Assembly: GCF_009914755.1 (NCBI RefSeq)
Contig: NC_060943.1
Length of the DNA stretch: 64,000 nt
Reading direction: 5' to 3' (one strand)
Source of the DNA: the human T2T-CHM13v2.0 reference genome, Homo sapiens
This document shows positions 54,257 to 64,000 of this stretch, in pieces; positions within the stretch are counted from its first letter, which is position 1; each line of letters opens with the position of its first letter. The notes beneath the pieces were generated by a model that was not told the DNA's origin, did not search any database, and saw only the letters and a list, made by a program, of their open reading frames with translations. The translations under genes and the position numbers were made by a program.

Positions 54257-54994
54257 TCAAAAACAGGGTCTTTGTTTGAGACCCTGTTGGAGGCCTCTGC
54301 GTTGCTCTGGTTGTCTCTGGGGAGCCCCTAACCAGGCTTGGAAGAGGTTCTTGGAGGAAGGTTTCTCCTCTGACCACCGGCTGGCTCTGGCCCCTTACCC
54401 ACGAGCCTCTGTGGCCTTGGTGAGGTGGGCGCCGAGTGCATACGGTGGATAAGCCTGATGTTGTGTTGATTGTATTGTGTTCTTCTCCAGACAGCAGCAA
54501 AGGAGGGGAAGAGCGTTTCCTTTAGGGACCATCCCTGTAGAAGTTCCTGCTCTCCGCTTCGGTTTGTTCACAAACTACATATCCTGGCACCAGGGGGCAC
54601 AGAACTTGGCTCCACGACGAAACAGGTCCCGTGGAGGAGCTGGTGCTGGGCGGGGCTGCGCCTGACTCACTCTGGTGTCTGCTGAGGTCCTTCCCTGGTG
54701 GAGACTCCTGCCTCCAACTCTATCCCCTTTTGGTCTCTTCCTCCACGGCACTGACCTCATCCTTTCCTTCTGTTGGCCACCAAGATGGAGGCCAATGGCC
54801 CCACGTCTACACGTGGCAGTTTAGGAGCCCCACTGGGAAGAAGGCGTCTCCGTCCCTGCTTCTGTGAGTTGAACCATAAGAAACTGATCTTGTTCTATAG
54901 ACTTTGGTCTTAAAAAGTGACAGTTTTATAAAGTTGAAACTCAAGGATCCAAAAGAACTTGGTGTCCTGCTTGGGTCATATGCAACCTCTTGGG

Positions 54995-55352
54995 TCCATC
55001 ACTGATGGGGATGGAGGGGTGGGCCCTGTGATTGCTAGGTCAGGGTCTAGTGTGGACCAATCACTGATGGGGATGGAGGGGTAGGCACTGTGATTGCCAG
55101 GTCAGGGTCCAGTGCGGACCAATCACTGATGGGGGATGGAGGGGTGGGAACTGTGATTGGCAGGCCAGGGTCCAGTGTGGACCAATCACTGATGGGGATG
55201 GAGGGGTGGGAACTGTGATTGGCAGGCCAGGGTCCAGTGTGGACCAATCACTGGCTGGAGATGGAAGGGTGGAAGCTGTGATTGGCAGGCTTGTGTTCAG
55301 TATGGACCAATCATCACTGATGGGGAGAGGGAGTAAACACTGTGATTGGCAG
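54995..55352. repeat. 62-63 bp VNTR, about 6 copies, inside an MLT1-type LTR remnant
   Basis: CCAATCA at 55057, 55119, 55182, 55244, 55307; flanks resemble MLT1. Confidence 0.85.
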
Positions 55353-55617
55353 ACCTGGTGGCTAGCACCATGATCGACCACCCCACCAGGACAGCAGGGA
55401 TGAGGTGGACCTTCATTGAAGAAAGGGATGCTGGGCAGACAAAAAACACATACCCTAGAAAATTACAACTGAAGGGACAAAGCAGATCAACGACCTGGGG
55501 AAACTGAGGCCTGGAGAATTTCATTGCCTTGCTGGGACTCCTGGAAGTCTCAGGATGAGTGAGGATCTGGATATTATGAGTTGGGCAGCTCCCATTTGCA
55601 GGGTGTTCCTCCTGTAA

Positions 55618-56698
<1,081 letters not shown>

Positions 56699-57075
56699 TG
56701 AGTCCCCTTTCTGTTCACAGATCCCCACTCCTGGCTATCCGCATGCTGGTCATTTCTGCTTGGAGACAGTTCAGGTGTGTCCCACAGTTGCTGTCCCTGG
56801 GGCTCTTGGCTCTATTGTTAATGGCCACCGGCTGTGACGGCTCACATTTCAGTCCTGCATATGTCAGTTCCTCGTACTTTCTTTCTTTTTTTACTGTATG
56901 TATGTATGTATGTATGTATGTATGTATGTATGTATATATGTATGTATGTATGTATGTATTTGAGATGGGGTCTCACTGTGTTGCCCAGGCTGGTCTCAAC
57001 ATCATGGGCTCAAGCAGTCCTTCTGCCTCAGCCTCCCAAAGTGCTGGTATTACAGGCATGAGCCACCACACCTGG

Positions 57076-58240
57076 TCTTCCTTTCTTTCCTTCTCCCCTC
57101 CCCTCTCCCCTCTCCCCTCTCCTCTCTCCCCCCCACCCCTCTCCCCTTCCCCCTCCCCTCACCTTCCCTTCCCCTCTCCCCTCTCCCCTCCCCTCTCCCC
57201 TCTCCCCTCTCCTCTCCCCTCTCTCCCCTCTCCTCTCCCCTCCCCTCTCCCCTCCCCTCTCCCCCCCTCCTCTCTCCCCTCCCCTCTCCCCTCCCCTCTC
57301 CCCTCCCCTCTCCCCTCTCCCCTCCCCTTCTCTCTCCTCCCCTCCTCTCTCTTCCCCTCTCCTCCCCTCTCTCCTCTCCTCCCCTCTCCTCCCCTCTCCC
57401 CTCTCCTCTCTCCTCCCCTCTCCCCTCCCCTCGCCCTTCCCCTCCCTCGCCCTTCCCCTCTTCCCTCCCCTCTCCCCTCTCCCCTCTCCCCTCCCCTCCC
57501 ATCTCCCCTCTCATCTCCCCTCTCCCCTCCTCTCCCTTCCCTCCCGTCCCCTCTCCCCTTCCCTCCCCTCCCCTCTCCCCTTCCCTCCCCTCCCCTCTCC
57601 CCTTCCCTCCCCTCCCTCTCCCCTTCCCTCCCCTCCCCTCCCCCTCCCCCTTCCCCCTCCCCTACCCCTACCCCCCCTGCCCTCCCCTCTCCCCTCCCCT
57701 CTCCCCTCCCTCCCCTCTCCCCCTCCCCTTCCCTCCCCTCTCCCCTCCCCTTCCCCCTCTCCTACCCCTCCCCCTTACCCTTCCCCTTCCCCCCCCTCTG
57801 CCCTCCCCTATCCCCTCCTCTGCCCTCCCCTCTCCCCTCCCCTCCCCCCTCCCCTATCCCCTCTCCCCTCTCCCCTCTCCCCTCCCCTCTCCCCTCTCCC
57901 CTCCCCTCTCCCCTCTCCCCTCCCCTCCCCCTCCCCTCCCCTCCCCTCCCCCTCCCCTCCCCTCCCCCTCCCCTCCCCTCCCCTCCCCCTCCCCTCCCCC
58001 TCCCCTCCCCTCCCCTCCCCCTCCCCTCCCCTCCCCTCCCCCTCCCCTCCCCTCCCACCTCCCCTCCCCCCTCCCCTCCCCCCCTCCCCCTCCCCTCCCC
58101 CCTCTCCTCTCCCCTCCCCTCTCCCCTCCCCTCTCCTCCCTTTCCTTCTCCCTCCCCTCTCCCCTCCCCCCTCCCTCTCTCCCTTCCTTCCTTCTTTCCT
58201 TCCTTCCTTCCTTCTCTCTCTCTCTCTTTTATTTTTTTCT
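57076..58240. repeat. Polypyrimidine/polypurine (CCCCT/CCTCT)n tract, about 1.16 kb
   Basis: Almost purine-free plus strand between two antisense Alus. Confidence 0.97.
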
Positions 58241-58906
58241 GAGACAAGGTCTCACTCTGTCACCCAGGCTGGAGTGCAGTGGTGTGATCATAACTCACTG
58301 CAGCCTCGACCTTCCAGGCTCAAGTGATCCTCCTGCCTCAGCCTCCTGAGTGGCTGGGACTACAGATATGTGCCACTATGCCTGGCTAATTTTTACAATT
58401 TTTTTGCAGAGACAGGGTCTCCCTCTGCCACCCAGGCTGGCACAGTCATAGCTCACTGCAGCTTCGATCTCCTGGGCTCGAGTGATGAACCCTCCCACCT
58501 CAGCCTCCTGAGTAGCTGAGACTACTGGCATGCACCACCATGAAAGGTCAATTTTTAAATTTTACATTTCGTAGAGATGGGGTCTCACTATGTTGCCCAG
58601 GCTGGTCTCAAACTCCTGGCCTCAAGCAATTCTCTTGCCTTGGTTTCCCAAAGTGTTGGAATGACAGGCATGAGCTGCCACACCTGACCCCCCTTTTCCT
58701 TATAAATCACCCAGTCTCAGGTATTTCTTTACAGCAGGACAAAAATAGACTCAGACAACTGTGTTTAGGCATTACTTATAGGGTGACAACTGTCCTGGTT
58801 TGATTGGAATTGAGTGGTTTCCTGAGACATGAGACTTTCAGTGCTGAACAGGGACAGTCCTGGGCAAACTGGGACCATTGGTCCCTGTAAGTGTTGACGG
58901 GACACT

Positions 58907-59997
<1,091 letters not shown>

Positions 59998-60120
59998 AAG
60001 CCTGAGCTTCTGAGTGTGGTGCACAGCAGCCTTCCAGATGGGGCTGTTGGGCCTTCCTGCCTCACCTCTCACAGTTCTCCTACCCCACCCCACACTAGGC
60101 CCTGACATTCCCTAAACTAA

Positions 60121-60129
60121 CTTTCTTTC

Positions 60130-60188
<59 letters not shown>

Positions 60189-60307
60189 CTTTTTCTTTCT
60201 TTCCTTCCTTCCTTCCTCTCTCCCTTCCTCTTTTTCTCTTTCTCTCTCTCTCTCTCTCTCATTCTCTCTTTTCTCTCTTTCTTTCTCTCTTTCTTTCTTT
60301 TCTCTTG
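60121..60307. repeat. (TTTC)n/(TC)n microsatellite, tail of antisense Alu
   Basis: Direct inspection. Confidence 0.93.
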
Positions 60308-60774
60308 CCCATCTCAAGTGCAGTGGCACAATCACACCTCACTGTAGTCTCGACCTCCTTGGCTCACTGATCCTCAGCCTCAAGAGTAGCTGGGACTACA
60401 GGTGCATGCTACCATGCCCAGCTACTTTTTCTATTTTTTATAGAGATGGGGTCTTATTATGTTGCCCAAGCTGGTCTCGACCTCCCATAGTGCTCAGCCT
60501 CCCATAGTGCCTCAGCCTCCCATGGTGCTGGGATTACAGGCATGAGCCACTGCACCTGGCTGGTTGTAATTAACTTTAGTTTTAATAGCCACATGGGGCC
60601 AGTGGCTGCCATTTTGGACCTTGCTGGTGTTGTATGACTGTTTATGCTCTCAGCTCCCACTTAGTGGGAGAATCATGCAGAGAGTCATGAGACTGAGGCA
60701 AGAGGATCATTTGAGCCCAAGAAATCGAGGCTGCAATGAGCTACAATTGTGCCACTGCACCCTAGCCTGGGTCA

Positions 60775-61433
<659 letters not shown>

Positions 61434-63039
61434 TTACTCAATTCCTATTTATCCTTCCGAACTTGAATAACTCATCACTCTCTCAGAAAACCCTCCCCTG
61501 ACTGCGTGTCTAAATCAAAGACCCCTGTACACAGATTCAAAGTTTCTGGTTGTGCTTCTAGTTTTGAGCCATTCTTGTAGCATCATGTTAATGGATCTGG
61601 GCCTCTTCCACTTGGATTGAAGCTCTCTGAGCTCAGAGAATCGTATCTGTCTCATTCAGGGTTCGACGCAGCCAGGCCTGGCCCATCGTAAAGGTTGGCT
61701 GGATGGAGAGAGTGAAATGAATGGCGCTTCTATGTTTGATGCTAAATAGCTGTGGAGTTCTTTCTGTGAACCAATAATGGTGATGACAGGACCATTTAGA
61801 GAACACAGGAATCCTTAGAAAACCCGCGGGGCAGGGTCAGCAGAGGCAGCTGGGGTTGAATGAACACTGTGTGTGTGTGTGCGTGTGTGTGTGTGTGTTG
61901 GGGAGTGAGCTCATACTCTAAATGTGCCTTTCCAGCTCTAATCACAGAAGTGAATCTCGGTGTCTTTTGTTTCTAAACCATCCATCAAGTGATTCTTGGA
62001 GATTCTCTGGCTCGTCTGAAGGCAGTTCAACTCAAGTGTAAGAGTAAATGGGAAAGTGTGGTGCAGCTTCACTCCCCGCTGCCCCTGCCTCCCCACCGCC
62101 CCTGCCTCGCTCCACGCTGCCCCTGCCTTGCTCCATGCCGCCCCTGCCTCACTCCCCGCCACCCTGGTACATCTCTCCTTTCTCATTGGCTCTGGATGGT
62201 AGCGGCCAGGCATGGAGTGGCTGTTCCCAGAGGAACACATTCCCCTGAGGAGGGAACATTCTGGCTGGGCCCCAGCATAGGGTTGCCAGACTCAACAATA
62301 AAACATTTAGCACCCTCGGAGACATTAGAATTTCAGATATGTATTCATTCATTCATTCATTTATTTATTCATTCATTTATTTTGAGACGGAGTCTCGCTC
62401 TGTCGCCCAGGCTTGAGTGCAGTGGCGCAATCTCAGCTCACTGCAACCTCCACCTCCTGGGTTCAAGAGATTGACCTATCTTAGGCTCCCAAATAGCTGG
62501 GATTACAGGCGTGTGCCACCACGCCCAGCTAATTTTGTATTTTTAGTAGAGACGGGGTTTCACTATGTTGTCAGGCTGGTCTCGAACTCCTGACCTCAGG
62601 TGATCCACTTGCCTCAGCCTCCCAGACTGTTGGGATAACAGGCATGAGCCACAGCACCCAGCCAGAATTTCAGATTAACAACCAAAACGTTTCTTTTTTT
62701 AAAACAGGGTCTCACTCTATGTTGCCCAGGCTGGAGTGCTCACTGCAACCTCTGCCTCTGGGGTTCAAGTGATTTTCCTGCCTCATCCTCCCAAGAAACC
62801 ATGTGCCACCATGCCCGGCTAATTTTTTTATTTTTGGTAGAGATGGGGTTTCGCCATGTTGGCCAGGCTGTTCTCAAACTCCTGACATCAGGCAATCCTC
62901 CCACCTTGGCCTCCCAAAGTGCTGGGATTACAGGCGTGAGCCACCGCGCCCGGTCAAAACATTTTTTTAGTAGGAGTCGGAGAATGTCCTACATTTTGCA
63001 CAAGAGAGACATACTTATACTAAAATACAGATTAGAGAC

Positions 63040-64000
<961 letters not shown>

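Noticed and set aside
56743-58242. 499-aa Pro/Ser/Leu-rich extensin-like ORF
   Set aside because: Translation of a (TATG)n tract, an Alu arm and a stop-free pyrimidine tract; no promoter or splice support.

Overview
Human-type (primate) GC-rich, Alu-dense genomic DNA, recognisable as the chr19p13.3 LSM7-SPPL2B locus. LSM7 lies on the minus strand (4 coding exons, 312 nt, 103 aa). It is head-to-head with SPPL2B on the plus strand (15 coding exons, 1779 nt, 592 aa; GxGD intramembrane aspartyl protease with YD, GFGD and QPALLY motifs). The two ATGs are 143 bp apart in a shared CpG-island promoter. I assembled all exons by hand; every intron is GT-AG and both frames are intact. At about 39.8-40.1 kb there is a second GC-box/CpG promoter with strong splice donors, probably the distal non-coding first exon of the next gene, TMPRSS9 (no TMPRSS9 coding exon is in the window). 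The rest is Alus, older MLT/THE1/MER/L1/MIR remnants and many VNTRs. Nearly all long ORFs in the supplied track are repeat artefacts. I found no convincing new biological system. The best second-look items are: a 3.4-kb VNTR that appears to have grown out of an old L1 3' end; a CCAAT-box VNTR amplified from a MaLR LTR; a chimeric local duplication with junction microhomology; a perfect CTCF motif just after the proximal SPPL2B poly(A) signal; and a 64-bp duplication that doubles a first-exon splice donor. Repeat family names come from recalled consensus sequences and their boundaries are approximate.
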